Made by a program: the position numbers and the translations under genes
From: Solirubrobacteraceae bacterium
Lineage (GTDB): Bacteria > Actinomycetota > Thermoleophilia > Solirubrobacterales > Solirubrobacteraceae
Length of the DNA: 64,000 nt
Direction of reading: 5' to 3'
Assembly (NCBI GenBank): GCA_039744075.1
Contig: JBCJUC010000004.1
Coordinates: forward strand, 16,629-80,628
Notes under the pieces: generated by a model
What the model saw: only the letters and a program-made list of their open reading frames with translations
Told to the model about the DNA's origin: nothing
The model's database searches: none
In this document: piece after piece, positions 36,427-46,688 of the stretch
Layout of the letters: every line of letters begins with the position of its first letter
How positions within the stretch are numbered: the stretch's first letter is position 1

Positions 36427-37611
36427 GTGAGCGACGCGGCGCTTGACATCGTCGGCGCCCAGCAGCTGGTCGCCGAGCACTGCAGCCCACTTGCGCCGGT
36501 CAGGCTGGCAGTCGACAGCGCACTCGGGCTAACGCTGGCTGAACCGGTGACGGCGGCGGCCGACGTTCCCGGCGCCGCAAACAGCGCGATGGACGGCTTT
36601 GCCGCGAAGGCCGGCGAGGCCGGCCGCCGGCTGCGCGTGGTCGGGGAGTCACGGGCAGGAAGGCCGTTCGAGGCGACGCTCGCTCAGGGCGAAGCGGTGC
36701 GAATCTCAACCGGCGCGGTGATGCCGGCCGGCGCCGAGGCGGTCGCGCCGATTGAGGTCGTCGACGATCAAGGCAGCGAAGTGGTGCTGCGCGACGAGCT
36801 GACAGCCGGACGCAACGTCCGCTTGGCGGGCGAGGACCTGCGAGCCGGCGACACGGTGCTGGCGCCCGGGCGCCGGCTCGGGCCAGCCGAGCTGGGGATC
36901 GCCGTCGCGGCAGGCCGCGCTGAGCTGATCTGCCTGCCGCGGCCAAAAGTCGCTGTGATCGCGACCGGCGACGAACTGCGCGAACCGGGCGCCGAACTCG
37001 AGACCGGCGAACTGCACGACTCCAACCTGACGACGCTGCGGGCATTGGCGACCGAGGCCGGAGCCGAGGTCGTCCTCGCCCGCCACGTCGGCGATGACGG
37101 CGAGGCAACCGCCGCCGCCTTCGCCGAGGCGCTGGAGCTCGCCGACGTCGTCGTCTGCTCAGGCGGCGTTTCGGTCGGGCCGCACGACCATGTCAAAGGG
37201 GCGCTACTGGGGCTCGGCGTTGAGCAGCACTTCTGGCGAGTCGCACTGCGGCCCGGGCGGCCAACCTGGTTTGGTAGCCGCGACGGGCGGCTGGTCTTCG
37301 GCCTGCCCGGCAACCCGGTATCGGCGATCGTCACCTTCCTGCTGTTCGCGGCGCCGGCGCTACGCGCGCTGCAGGGCCGTCCGCCGCAGCCAAGCGCAAC
37401 TGCAGAGCTCGGTGAGCCGATTGCCCGCCACCCCGACCGCGACGAGTGCGTGCGTGTGCGGCTCGAAGATGGCGCCGCCTTCGCAACCGGCCCGCAGGGC
37501 TCGCACATCCTTAGTTCGATCGCCCTGGCCGACGCGCTGGCAGTGATCCCACGCGGCGAGGGAATCCTTCCCGCAGGGACGGCGATCGAGCTGATCTCGC
37601 TGGAGCCCTAA
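36427..37611 (+). CDS. moeA: molybdopterin molybdenumtransferase
   Basis: ISTGAVMPAGA, ATGDEL, SGGVSVGPHDHVKGAL, GLPGNPVSA. Confidence 0.9.
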   Translation: MSDAALDIVGAQQLVAEHCSPLAPVRLAVDSALGLTLAEPVTAAADVPGAANSAMDGFAAKAGEAGRRLRVVGESRAGRPFEATLAQGEAVRISTGAVMPAGAEAVAPIEVVDDQGSEVVLRDELTAGRNVRLAGEDLRAGDTVLAPGRRLGPAELGIAVAAGRAELICLPRPKVAVIATGDELREPGAELETGELHDSNLTTLRALATEAGAEVVLARHVGDDGEATAAAFAEALELADVVVCSGGVSVGPHDHVKGALLGLGVEQHFWRVALRPGRPTWFGSRDGRLVFGLPGNPVSAIVTFLLFAAPALRALQGRPPQPSATAELGEPIARHPDRDECVRVRLEDGAAFATGPQGSHILSSIALADALAVIPRGEGILPAGTAIELISLEP

Positions 37612-38450
37612 GCGGCTTCGACGTAAGCGAGCGCTCGGTTTGCCAGCGCCGTCAGCGCTGGCGCCGGCTCGGCCAGCGCCAGCGGCCGTTCGGCCAGCAG
37701 CTGCCCAAGCTCGCCGCCAAGCTGCTGATCGCTCAGCGCAACGATCCTCGCCGCCGCCTGAGCAGCCTTGCGGGTGGCGATCGGATCGAGCGTCCAGATC
37801 GCCTCGAAGCGGCGCTCGGAGCCCTGCGAGGAATCATCGTCCGCGCCGTCGAGTTGCTCCCAGGCCATTAGCGCCGCGCTATAACCCGGCGCGTCGATCA
37901 CGACCGCCCACTCATTGCCGAGCACAGCGTCGGCCCGGATCGGGATCTCAATCGGGCCGCGGGGCGGCTTGCGCTCGGAGGCAAAGTCGGCGAAGACGAC
38001 GGCAACCTCGGCCTGCGCGGCCAGCTCGCGGTAGCGCGGCTCGACCGCGCGGTAGAAAGCCTCTTGTTGAAAGGCGCCAAACAGCACCGGCGCCGCGGCC
38101 AGCGCCAGCGCCTCATGCTCAATCGCGCGACTCAGCGCGATCAGCGTCGACTTGCGCAGCAGCTGCGACTGAATGCCACGCCCCGAGGCCGCGACCGCAG
38201 CGTAGATCGATGAACGATCGGATTGGCTGCGATCCTCAACGGCGTGCTCAATCGCCGCGGCAATCGACAGCCCGCGGCGGCGGTAGGCCTGGACCCGGCC
38301 CAGCGTTTCGACATCATCGGCCGAGTAGCTGCGATAGCCGTTGGAGCTACGCGGTGGGCGCGGAAAGCCGTAACGCTGTTCCCACATCCGCAGCGTGCCA
38401 GCGGCGATGCCGCATTGCTCAGAGACCTCTTTGATTGAAAGTTCGTTCAT
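37608..38450 (-). CDS. MerR family regulator with a C-terminal sensory (DICT-like) domain
   Basis: N-terminal HTH LSIKEVSEQCGIAAGTLRMWEQRYGFP.P.RS.NGYR.YS..DV. The assignment of the roughly 190-aa C-terminal domain is tentative. Confidence 0.75.
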   Translation of the reverse strand: MNELSIKEVSEQCGIAAGTLRMWEQRYGFPRPPRSSNGYRSYSADDVETLGRVQAYRRRGLSIAAAIEHAVEDRSQSDRSSIYAAVAASGRGIQSQLLRKSTLIALSRAIEHEALALAAAPVLFGAFQQEAFYRAVEPRYRELAAQAEVAVVFADFASERKPPRGPIEIPIRADAVLGNEWAVVIDAPGYSAALMAWEQLDGADDDSSQGSERRFEAIWTLDPIATRKAAQAAARIVALSDQQLGGELGQLLAERPLALAEPAPALTALANRALAYVEAA

Positions 38451-38597
38451 TGGCAGGCTGGACCCGTACGCTCGCTCCCGCTAGTAGTACGCGAAAGCGC
38501 CGCTGATCGTTCATCGTTGGTTGTCACCGTGCACGTAGCCATCAAATGAATACCGATAGAGAACAGTCAATCCTGCTGACCGGAGCGACCGGCGCCG

Positions 38598-39362
38598 TTG
38601 GGGGAACGTTTGGTGCCTGACCTGCTGGCGGTCGCTGCCGTAATCATCATCCTGATCGGTGCAGCGCTCGGACTGATCGCGCTGGTTACCTATCTGCTCA
38701 GCCGCCCGAGCCAAGTAGGCGACGTAAAGATCAGCGGCTTGCACGACTCCACCACCGCCGACCGGGCCGGCGCCGTACGGACCGTCCAGTCGGCCGAACT
38801 GGAGCTCGCCACACCGGCGCTCGATCAGATCTGGACGCCGATGCAGCTCGAAAGGCTGGCCCGCACCTACTGGCACTTCCTGAGCCGCTGCACGCTCGGC
38901 CTGATTCGCGTCAAGTACACCCAGGAGCAGCGGCTCGTCGTGCTGATCGGACGGCCGCTGGTCTTGCTGGCGTTCGACCGTCCACAGTACGAGATGGATG
39001 ACGGACGCGGCATTGTCCGCTGGCGGATTGAACGCGGCCTGCTGGTTGCCGCGCCCGGGATCGACGCCGACGGATACCTCGAGATTGACGTTGTACGAAA
39101 ACCGATCGGCGATGGCACACGCAGCACACTGGAAGTCGACGTCGAGGTTGCCAACTACTACCCGCGGATCGCCGTCTCAGTCGCCTACTGGGCCTACGCC
39201 GCGACGCAGTCGCGGATCCACGTGCTGATCAGCTACGGCTTCCTGCGCTCGATTGCCCGCGGCGACCTGGCGCCATCGAAGGCGGGGCGCTTTGCTGCGA
39301 TCGACGAGCTGCCAGCGCCAAGCGGCCCGCGCCCAAGCGAGCGCGGCACGCCGGCCGCCTAA
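38598..39362 (+). CDS. hypothetical membrane-anchored protein
   Basis: TTG start, one N-terminal TM helix (LLAVAAVIIILIGAALGLIALVTYLL), then a soluble domain of about 200 aa. The 5' end may be frameshifted (see findings). Confidence 0.55.
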   Translation: MGERLVPDLLAVAAVIIILIGAALGLIALVTYLLSRPSQVGDVKISGLHDSTTADRAGAVRTVQSAELELATPALDQIWTPMQLERLARTYWHFLSRCTLGLIRVKYTQEQRLVVLIGRPLVLLAFDRPQYEMDDGRGIVRWRIERGLLVAAPGIDADGYLEIDVVRKPIGDGTRSTLEVDVEVANYYPRIAVSVAYWAYAATQSRIHVLISYGFLRSIARGDLAPSKAGRFAAIDELPAPSGPRPSERGTPAA

Positions 39363-40345
39363 CCGATTAGCGCGCGCAGCTTCTCGCGGTTATGACGCGC
39401 CTTGACGCGGCGCACCGTGCCGGAGCTGGAGCGCATCACGATCGACTCGGTTGAAGCAACGCCGCGGCCTTCATAACGGACGCCTTGCAGCACATCGCCA
39501 TCGGTCACGCCGGTCGCCGAGAAGAAGCAGTCATCGCCGCGCACAAGATCGTCCTGCGTCAGCTGGCGGTCGAGGTCATAGCCAGCGTCGAGCGCTGCCT
39601 TGCGCTCGCCTTCGTCGCGTGGCCAGAGGCGCCCGACCAGCCCGCCGCCGATTGCCTTGATCGCAGCGGCCGAGATCACACCTTCCGGTGTGCCACCAAC
39701 TCCCCACAGAAGATCGACCGGCGAGCGCTCGCTGACAGCCAGTAGTGCCGCGCTGACATCGCCGTCGCTGATCAGCCGGACGCGGGCGCCGGCGCCGCGG
39801 ATCTTGTCGATCTGCTCGTGATGGCGCTCACGGTCGAGGACGATCACGGTTACGTCACCAATGTCGATGTTGCGACGCTCGGCGACCAGCGCGCAGGTTT
39901 CGGTCACCGGACGGTCAAGATCAAGCAGGTCGGCGACGTCGCTGGCGCCGGCGAGCTTCTCCATGTAAACGCAGGGCCCGGGGTCGAACATCGTGCCGCG
40001 CGGCGAGACTGCGATCACTGCCAGCGCACTCGGCATTCCCTTAGCCGTCAGCGTTGTCCCTTCAAGCGGATCAACAGCGATGTCAACCCGCGGCTCGGAG
40101 CCGTTGCCGACCTGCTCGCCGTTGTAAAGCATCGGTGCCTCGTCCTTCTCGCCTTCACCGATCACGACGATCCCGTCCATCGTGACGGTTCCCAGGACAG
40201 CCCGCATCGCGTCGACTGCCGCCTGATCGGCGGCCTCCTTATCACCCATGCCGATCAGCCTGGCGGCGCCGAGCGCGGCGGCTTCGGTGACGCGCACCAG
40301 TTCAAGGGCGAGGTTACGGTCTGGAGCGCTGTGAGAGTCGGCCAT
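39359..40345 (-). CDS. glpX: class II fructose-1,6-bisphosphatase
   Basis: DRNLALELVRVTEAAALGAARLIGMGDK..AD..AVDAMR and GEGEKDEAPML are typical of GlpX. Confidence 0.92.
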   Translation of the reverse strand: MADSHSAPDRNLALELVRVTEAAALGAARLIGMGDKEAADQAAVDAMRAVLGTVTMDGIVVIGEGEKDEAPMLYNGEQVGNGSEPRVDIAVDPLEGTTLTAKGMPSALAVIAVSPRGTMFDPGPCVYMEKLAGASDVADLLDLDRPVTETCALVAERRNIDIGDVTVIVLDRERHHEQIDKIRGAGARVRLISDGDVSAALLAVSERSPVDLLWGVGGTPEGVISAAAIKAIGGGLVGRLWPRDEGERKAALDAGYDLDRQLTQDDLVRGDDCFFSATGVTDGDVLQGVRYEGRGVASTESIVMRSSSGTVRRVKARHNREKLRALIG

Positions 40346-40483
40346 AATTCGCTTCCTTTGCGACGTCTGTGACCTTATCGTGCGGCAGCTTGCCGCCGCC
40401 GCGACGTTGGCGTCGCAGCGACCGGTCGCCGCGCCGGTCGGAGTTGACCGCCGATAAGGCAGCGAAACGCTAACTTTCCGCTA

Positions 40484-42442
40484 ATGGAACCTCTCGTTCG
40501 TGACGGCACGCTCGCCGGCAGCGCCTTCCCGCCGATCGCCGACTACGCCTTCCTCTCCGATTGCGAGTCGATTGCGCTGATCGCGCCAAGCGGCCGGGTC
40601 GAGTGGATGTGCCTGCCGCGGATGGACGGACCGTCGGTCTTCGGCGCGATGCTCGACCGCGACGCTGGCGGTTTTCGCATCTCGCCCGCCGACCAGCGCG
40701 TGCCGGCCGGCCGCCGCTATCTGCCTGGCACGATGATCCTTGAAACAACTTGGGCAACGCGAACCGGCTGGGTCGTCGTTCAGGACGTGCTGCTGGTCGG
40801 CCCTTGGCACCACGACAGCGAGCGCTCAACGACGCACCGCCGCTCACCTACAGACACCGATGCCGACCATGTGCTGCTGCGCACGATGCGCTGCATCAAC
40901 GGCCATGTCGAGATGCAGATGGAATGCGAGCCAAAGCTCGACTACGGGCGGGTACCGGTTGAATGGGATTACGACAGCGACGGCTACGGCATCGGCATCG
41001 CCCGAGCCGAAGGCCAAGCGCTGGAGCTGCGGCTGACAACCGACCTGCGGCTCGGCTTTGAGAGCGGCCGTGCGCGCGCGCGCACAACCCTGCATGAGGG
41101 CGATACCGCCTACGTCGCGCTCAGCTGGACCGAGCACGACGCACCGGCAAGCTTCGACGAGGCCTACCGCCGCCTGACCTTCACCGCCGACTTCTGGCAC
41201 GACTGGCTGGCCCACGGCTCGTTCCCCGACCATCCGTGGCGCACCTACTTGCAGCGCAGCGCGCTAACGCTGAAGGGTCTGATTTACGCGCCGACCGGGG
41301 CAATGATCGCGGCGGCAACGACCTCGCTGCCGGAGACGCCGGGCGGCGAGCGCAACTGGGATTACCGCTACTCCTGGATCCGCGACTCAACCTTCATGCT
41401 GTGGGGCCTCTACTCACTCGGTTTCGCGCAGGAAGCCGGCGACTACTACTACTTCATCGAGGATCTGGTCGCCGGTGACCGCGATCTGCAGGTTCTCTAC
41501 GGGATCGGCGGCGAGCGTGAGCTCGAGGAAAGGACGCTCGACTATCTCGACGGCTACGAGGACTCCAAGCCGGTTCGGATCGGTAACGGCGCCTATAACC
41601 AGAAGCAGCACGATATCTGGGGGGCGCTGCTCGACTCGATCTACATCCACACGAAGAACCGTGACCAGCTGAGCGACTCGGCTTGGCCAATCATCGTCAA
41701 CCAGGTCGAGCGGGCAATCGAGAACTGGAGGGAGCCGGACCGCGGCATCTGGGAGGTTCGCGGCGAGCCGCAGCACTTCGTCTCGTCGAAGGTCTTCTGC
41801 TGGGTCGCCTGCGATCGCGGCGTGCGCTTGGCTGGCCTGCGCAACGACCATCAGCGGGCCGAGCGCTGGGAGGCTGCAGCGGAGGAGATCCGTGCCGACA
41901 TTCTGGCCAACGGCATCGATCCGAAGACCAACCGCTTTGTTCAGGCCTACGGCACCGAGCAGCTCGACGCGGCGCTGCTGCTGGTCGCGCTGTTCCGCTT
42001 CTTGCCACCGAACGACGAGCGGATTCGCAACACCGTTCTCGGCATCGCCGATGAACTGAGCGAGGACGGGTTTGTGCTGCGCTACCGAACCGGCGAGACC
42101 GATGACGGCCTCAGCGGCGAGGAGGGCACCTTCACAATCTGCTCGTTCTGGATGGTCTCGGCGCTAGTTGAGATCGGTGAGCTGGACCGCGCCCGTGAGC
42201 TCTGCGAGAAGCTGCTGTCGTTCTCAAGTTCGCTGTCGCTCTACGCTGAGGAGATCGATGCCAAAACCGGCCGCCATCTTGGCAACTTCCCGCAGGCCTT
42301 CACACACCTCGCGCTGATCAACGCCGTAATGAAGCTGATCAGCGCCGAGGAGGAGTACAACGCCGAGCACGAAGAGCTCGACGCCACTCGCCCGGCCGAC
42401 GCTGAGGTCGAGCAGGCGCCAGCCGCTGAGGCGCGCCGATGA
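40484..42442 (+). CDS. GH15 family glycoside hydrolase (glucoamylase/trehalase-like)
   Basis: IADYAFLSDCESIALI at the N-terminus, then NWDYRYSWIRDSTF and FPQAFTHLALINA in the (alpha/alpha)6 catalytic domain. Confidence 0.88.
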   Translation: MEPLVRDGTLAGSAFPPIADYAFLSDCESIALIAPSGRVEWMCLPRMDGPSVFGAMLDRDAGGFRISPADQRVPAGRRYLPGTMILETTWATRTGWVVVQDVLLVGPWHHDSERSTTHRRSPTDTDADHVLLRTMRCINGHVEMQMECEPKLDYGRVPVEWDYDSDGYGIGIARAEGQALELRLTTDLRLGFESGRARARTTLHEGDTAYVALSWTEHDAPASFDEAYRRLTFTADFWHDWLAHGSFPDHPWRTYLQRSALTLKGLIYAPTGAMIAAATTSLPETPGGERNWDYRYSWIRDSTFMLWGLYSLGFAQEAGDYYYFIEDLVAGDRDLQVLYGIGGERELEERTLDYLDGYEDSKPVRIGNGAYNQKQHDIWGALLDSIYIHTKNRDQLSDSAWPIIVNQVERAIENWREPDRGIWEVRGEPQHFVSSKVFCWVACDRGVRLAGLRNDHQRAERWEAAAEEIRADILANGIDPKTNRFVQAYGTEQLDAALLLVALFRFLPPNDERIRNTVLGIADELSEDGFVLRYRTGETDDGLSGEEGTFTICSFWMVSALVEIGELDRARELCEKLLSFSSSLSLYAEEIDAKTGRHLGNFPQAFTHLALINAVMKLISAEEEYNAEHEELDATRPADAEVEQAPAAEARR

Positions 42443-43122
42443 GCAACTTCAAGGTTCAGCCGTGCGAGGACGCTGAAGCGGCTTCGCAGCTTGCCGCAAC
42501 AACGATCGCCGACCTGATCAGCGTCGCGCTGCTAGCTCGCGGCGAAGCCCACCTCGCCTGCTCCGGCGGCAACACGCCGGTCAGGACCTACGAGCTGCTG
42601 AGCGAGCTGCTGGGCGACGGTGCCGGCGTGCACCTCTGGCTGGCCGACGAGCGCTGCGTCGGGCCGGACGACGCCGAGGCCAACTCGCTGCTGCTTGAGC
42701 AGACGTTGAAGCTGCCGATGGCGACGTTGCACCGTGCCAAGGGCGAGCTGGGCGCGGAGGCCGCCGCCGCCGACTACTGCGAGCAGCTCGGCCAGACGGT
42801 GATCGACGTTTCGCTGCTGGGCCTCGGCCCCGACGGTCACACCGCCTCGCTTTTTCCAAACCACCCCCAGCTGGCGTTGGACGGGCCACGCGTGCTGCCG
42901 GTGCACAACTCACCAAAGCCGCCGCCGGAGCGCGTCACGATGTCGCTGCCAGCGCTCAGTGAAGTAACGAACAGCGTGCTGCTCGTCACCGGCGCCGGCA
43001 AGGCCGACGCGCTGGCGCTAACGCTCGGCGACCCTGGCCCGCAGGCGCCGGCGTCGCTGCTACCGGCCGAGCGGATGACGCTGATCGCCGACGCTGCCGC
43101 AATCGGCGCCAGCGCCGCCTGA
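42439..43122 (+). CDS. pgl: 6-phosphogluconolactonase
   Basis: SGGNTP and LLGLGPDGHTASLFP. ATGA overlap with the GH15 stop. Confidence 0.85.
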   Translation: MSNFKVQPCEDAEAASQLAATTIADLISVALLARGEAHLACSGGNTPVRTYELLSELLGDGAGVHLWLADERCVGPDDAEANSLLLEQTLKLPMATLHRAKGELGAEAAAADYCEQLGQTVIDVSLLGLGPDGHTASLFPNHPQLALDGPRVLPVHNSPKPPPERVTMSLPALSEVTNSVLLVTGAGKADALALTLGDPGPQAPASLLPAERMTLIADAAAIGASAA

Positions 43123-43138
43123 GCGGACGCTTCGGCAG

Positions 43139-44392
43139 ATGGAAGCTGCCTGTCAACAACAAGCGGCCGACCTTCAGCTTGCCCGTGAACGGACGCTACG
43201 CCTGACCGCGGCACTCAGCGACGAACAGCTCGAACGGCAGATCGACCCGATCATGAGCCCGCTGGTCTGGGATATGGCTCACATCGCCGCCTACGAGGAC
43301 CTATGGCTGATTCACCGCCAGGCTGGCCAGCCGCTGCTGCGACCCGACTTGGCCGCCGTTTATGACGCCTTCGAAACGCCGCGCGAGCTGCGCGGCGAGG
43401 TTCAGCAGCTGAACGCGCCACAGGCTCGCGAATACCTCGCCGAGGTGCGTGAGCGAGCGCTGGCACTAATCGCTGACGACACGATCGAGCCGGCGATTCA
43501 CGAGATGGTCCTCCGCCACGAGCAGCAGCACAGCGAGACGATCTGCCAAACGCTGGCGCTGGCGCAGCTGCCCGGCTTTGACCCTCACTACCGCGAGCCG
43601 ACGCCGCCCGCCCCCGGGGGCCACAGCGGCCTCGAGTTCGTCAGCGTTGACGGCGGCGAACTGCAGCTCGGCGCCGCGGCTGAGCGCTTTGCCTTCGACA
43701 ACGAGCTACCCCGCCACAGCATCACGCTCGAGCGATTTCAGATCGGCCGCAGCCAGGTCACCAACGCCGCCTGGCTGGAGTTCGTCGCCGATGGAGGCTA
43801 CAACAATCGCGCGCTGTGGAGCGACGCCGGCTGGGCCTGGGCTGGCGACGACCAAGTCAGCGCCCCGCTCTACTGGGACCTGAGCGATGCTGACAGCCCA
43901 GCCGAGCTGACGAGCTGCGGCCGCCGCGAGCTGGACCTTGACCGGCCGGTCGCGCACATCAGCTGGTTTGAGGCCGAAGCGTTTGCCCGCTCGCGCAGTG
44001 CGCGACTTCCATCGGAAGCCGAATGGCAGGCAGCGGCGCAGTGGAGTGGCGGCGAACCGACAGCCGCCGACCGCGCCAACCTCGACCAGCTGAGCTTTGA
44101 CACGGCGCCGGTCGGCGCTTTCGCGGACGGGGCCAGCGACTGCGGCGCACTCGACCTGATCGGCAACCTTTGGGAGTGGACGGCAACCGAGTTCGACGGC
44201 TACCCGGGCTTCCGCGCCGACCCTTACCCGGAGTACTCGGAGCTCTTCTTTCGCCGTGGTTACCGCGTACTGCGCGGCGGCTCCTGGGCGACCTACGGCC
44301 GTGTCGCAACCCCGAGCTTCCGCAACTGGGACCTGCCCCAGCGCCGTCAGATCTTCGCCGGTCTGCGGCTGGCCCGGAGCGTTGGGCGATGA
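43139..44392 (+). CDS. egtB: ergothioneine biosynthesis sulfoxide synthase EgtB (DinB_2 + FGE-sulfatase domains)
   Basis: DinB-type His ligands (WDMAHIAAYED, HEMVLRHEQQHSET). C-terminal GNLWEWTATEF...LRGGSW. Confidence 0.88.
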   Translation: MEAACQQQAADLQLARERTLRLTAALSDEQLERQIDPIMSPLVWDMAHIAAYEDLWLIHRQAGQPLLRPDLAAVYDAFETPRELRGEVQQLNAPQAREYLAEVRERALALIADDTIEPAIHEMVLRHEQQHSETICQTLALAQLPGFDPHYREPTPPAPGGHSGLEFVSVDGGELQLGAAAERFAFDNELPRHSITLERFQIGRSQVTNAAWLEFVADGGYNNRALWSDAGWAWAGDDQVSAPLYWDLSDADSPAELTSCGRRELDLDRPVAHISWFEAEAFARSRSARLPSEAEWQAAAQWSGGEPTAADRANLDQLSFDTAPVGAFADGASDCGALDLIGNLWEWTATEFDGYPGFRADPYPEYSELFFRRGYRVLRGGSWATYGRVATPSFRNWDLPQRRQIFAGLRLARSVGR

Positions 44393-45390
44393 GCAGCGCG
44401 GCGGCAGGTCAGCGCATCAGCGTGATCTGCCCGCTCAACAACAGCGATGAGCGGACGCTCGGCGACGATGTTCTCGATGGACTGACGCGGCCCTTCAAGG
44501 AGCTCGCGCCAAAGCACTTCTATGACAACCTTGGTGGCCAGCTGTTTGACCAGATCTGCGAGCTCCCTGAGTACTACCCGACCCGGGCTGAGCGCTCAAT
44601 CATCAAGCAGGACGGTGCCGCAATCGTCGAGCTGACGCAGATGGCCGAACTGGTCGAGCTCGGCTCCGGCACCGCTGCCAAGACGATGCTGCTGCTCGAC
44701 CATGCAGCTGCCGCCGGCACGCTGCGCAGCTACGTCCCGTTTGACGTCACCGAGGCGCTGGTCCGCAGCTGCGCTGAGCGCTGCGGTGAGCGCTTCGAAG
44801 AAGCCCGTATCACCGGTGTCGTCGGCGACTTTGAGCGCCACCTTGACTACATCCCACCACCAATCGCTGGCGCGCCGCGCGTCGTCGCGCTGCTCGGTGG
44901 CACGATCGGCAACTTCGTCCCCGGCTCACGGCGTCAGCTGCTGCGGGCGATCGCTGCTCTGCTGCGGCCGGGGATTGACCACCTGCTGCTGGGAACAGAC
45001 CTCGTAAAGGATCCTGCTGTGCTGGAAGCCGCCTACAACGACAGCGCCGGTGTCACGGCGCAGTTCAATCGCAATGTTCTAAACGTCATTAATCGCGACC
45101 TCGGCGCCGACTTCGAGGTCGAGTCGTTCGAGCATGTGGCCTTCTACGACCAGGGCCGTGAGTGGATTGAGATGAGGCTGCGCGCGAGCCGCGCGATGCA
45201 CGTCAAGATCCCGGCAATCTCGCTGCAGGTCGACTTCGCTTCAGGCGAGGAGCTGCGGACCGAGATCAGCGCAAAGTTCACAGAGCGGCGACTGACCGAC
45301 GACCTCGCAGCGGCCGGCCTTGGCCTCGAGCAGTTGTGGACCGACAGCGACGGGCGCTTTGCCCTCTCGCTGTCGAGCCCAACCGGCTGA
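44389..45390 (+). CDS. egtD: L-histidine N-alpha-methyltransferase EgtD
   Basis: FYDNLGGQLFDQICELPEYYPTRAERSI and ELGSGTAAKT. The ATG at 44389 overlaps the egtB TGA (ATGA). Confidence 0.88.
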   Translation: MSSAAAGQRISVICPLNNSDERTLGDDVLDGLTRPFKELAPKHFYDNLGGQLFDQICELPEYYPTRAERSIIKQDGAAIVELTQMAELVELGSGTAAKTMLLLDHAAAAGTLRSYVPFDVTEALVRSCAERCGERFEEARITGVVGDFERHLDYIPPPIAGAPRVVALLGGTIGNFVPGSRRQLLRAIAALLRPGIDHLLLGTDLVKDPAVLEAAYNDSAGVTAQFNRNVLNVINRDLGADFEVESFEHVAFYDQGREWIEMRLRASRAMHVKIPAISLQVDFASGEELRTEISAKFTERRLTDDLAAAGLGLEQLWTDSDGRFALSLSSPTG

Positions 45391-45402
45391 TCTGCGCGGC
45401 GC

Positions 45403-46569
45403 CTACCCCAAGCGCTCGATGATCATCGCCTCGCCTTGGCCCTGGGCGACGCACATCGTCTCAAGTCCGTAGCGACCGTCGAGCGTCTCAAGGTCGTTGA
45501 GCAGTGTCGTCATGATCCGCACGCCGGTCATCCCAAACGGATGGCCGAGCGCAATCGCGCCGCCGTGCGGGTTCAGCTTGTCGACGGCGAAGCCAACCTC
45601 ACGCGCGATCGGCAGCACCTGCGCCGCGAACGCTTCGTTCAGTTCGACGACATCAATGTCGTCGATTGTCAGGCCAGCACGATCGAGCGCCTTCTTGATC
45701 GCACCGATCGGCGCGACACCCATGTACTCCGGCTCGTTGCCCCAGGTCGCGGCAGTGATGATCCGGGCGCGCGGCTTTAGGCCCAGTTCGGCTGCCTTGT
45801 CGGCGCTCATCAACAGCGCCGCGGCGGCGCCGTCATTCAGCGGACAGGCGTTGCCTGCCGTCACCGTGCCGTCCTCGCGGAAGACTGGCTTAAGGCTCGA
45901 CAGACGCTCCAGTGTTGAGTCGGCGCGCGGACCGTCGTCGGTATCGACAACCGTTCCATCCGGCAGCGTCACGGCAACGATCTCGCGTGCGAACACGCCG
46001 GCCTGCTGTGCAGCGACGGCGCGCTCCTGCGAGAGCTGGGCGTACTCGTCCTGCTGCTGCCGCGTAATGCCGTACTTAGCGGCCACGTTCTCGGCCGTCA
46101 GGCCCATCGCAATGTAGGCGTTCGGTTGCCCTGGCTCTTTACCTTGGAGGTTCTCATTCTGATCCTCCGGGTGACCGGCCTCCTGCGCTGCGTTGTAGCG
46201 CGAGACAAACTCGACGCCGGCAGCGATGTAGGTGTCGCCCTGTCCGGCAACGATGTTGTTGGCAGCAATCCGGATCGCGTCAAGCCCTGATGCGCAGTAG
46301 CGCGAGACGGTCGACCCGTTCGTCGCGTCAGTCAGCTTTTCGCTGAGCAGCACGGCGATCCGGCCGATGTTGTTGGCCTGCAGCCCCTGTGGCTGCCCGC
46401 AGCCGCAGATCACCTCTTCGACCGTTGCCGGATCGACGCCGCTGTTGCGTTCCAGCAGCTGGTCGATTACGAAAGCGGTTGTCTCGTCGGGCCGCAACGC
46501 TGCGAGCGACCCCTTAAATGCACGGCCGACCGGTGTACGGACGGCATCAACAATTACGGCTTCTGGCAT
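45403..46569 (-). CDS. acetyl-CoA C-acyltransferase (thiolase I-like)
   Basis: [37 protein letters not shown]. Start trimmed to [15 protein letters not shown] (ATG 46569, GGGGGAAAG upstream). Confidence 0.9.
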   Translation of the reverse strand: MPEAVIVDAVRTPVGRAFKGSLAALRPDETTAFVIDQLLERNSGVDPATVEEVICGCGQPQGLQANNIGRIAVLLSEKLTDATNGSTVSRYCASGLDAIRIAANNIVAGQGDTYIAAGVEFVSRYNAAQEAGHPEDQNENLQGKEPGQPNAYIAMGLTAENVAAKYGITRQQQDEYAQLSQERAVAAQQAGVFAREIVAVTLPDGTVVDTDDGPRADSTLERLSSLKPVFREDGTVTAGNACPLNDGAAAALLMSADKAAELGLKPRARIITAATWGNEPEYMGVAPIGAIKKALDRAGLTIDDIDVVELNEAFAAQVLPIAREVGFAVDKLNPHGGAIALGHPFGMTGVRIMTTLLNDLETLDGRYGLETMCVAQGQGEAMIIERLG

Positions 46570-46688
46570 TGACTTTCCCCCTGATTTTAAGCCCGACGGT
46601 CGCACTCCACGATAGAGCAGACGGCCGCCGACGCGGATTGCCCCCGTCTCGTACCATTCGCCACCCACCCCGACAGGAGCTTCGAGCA

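Noticed and set aside
36500-38434. Long ORFs antisense to moeA (36500..37108, 36768..37508) and to the MerR gene (37640..38434)
   Set aside because: Arg/Pro/Ser-rich low-complexity translations with no recognisable domains. The opposite-strand genes carry clear MoeA and MerR motifs.
40373-40459. Distant inverted repeat CCTTATCG (40373-40380) / CGATAAGG (40452-40459) in the glpX-GH15 divergent region, loosely similar to the MarR palindrome half-site
   Set aside because: The arms are 71 nt apart. The match is only 8 bp in GC-rich DNA, and the half-site differs from CTTATCCG. That is too little evidence to call a regulatory element.
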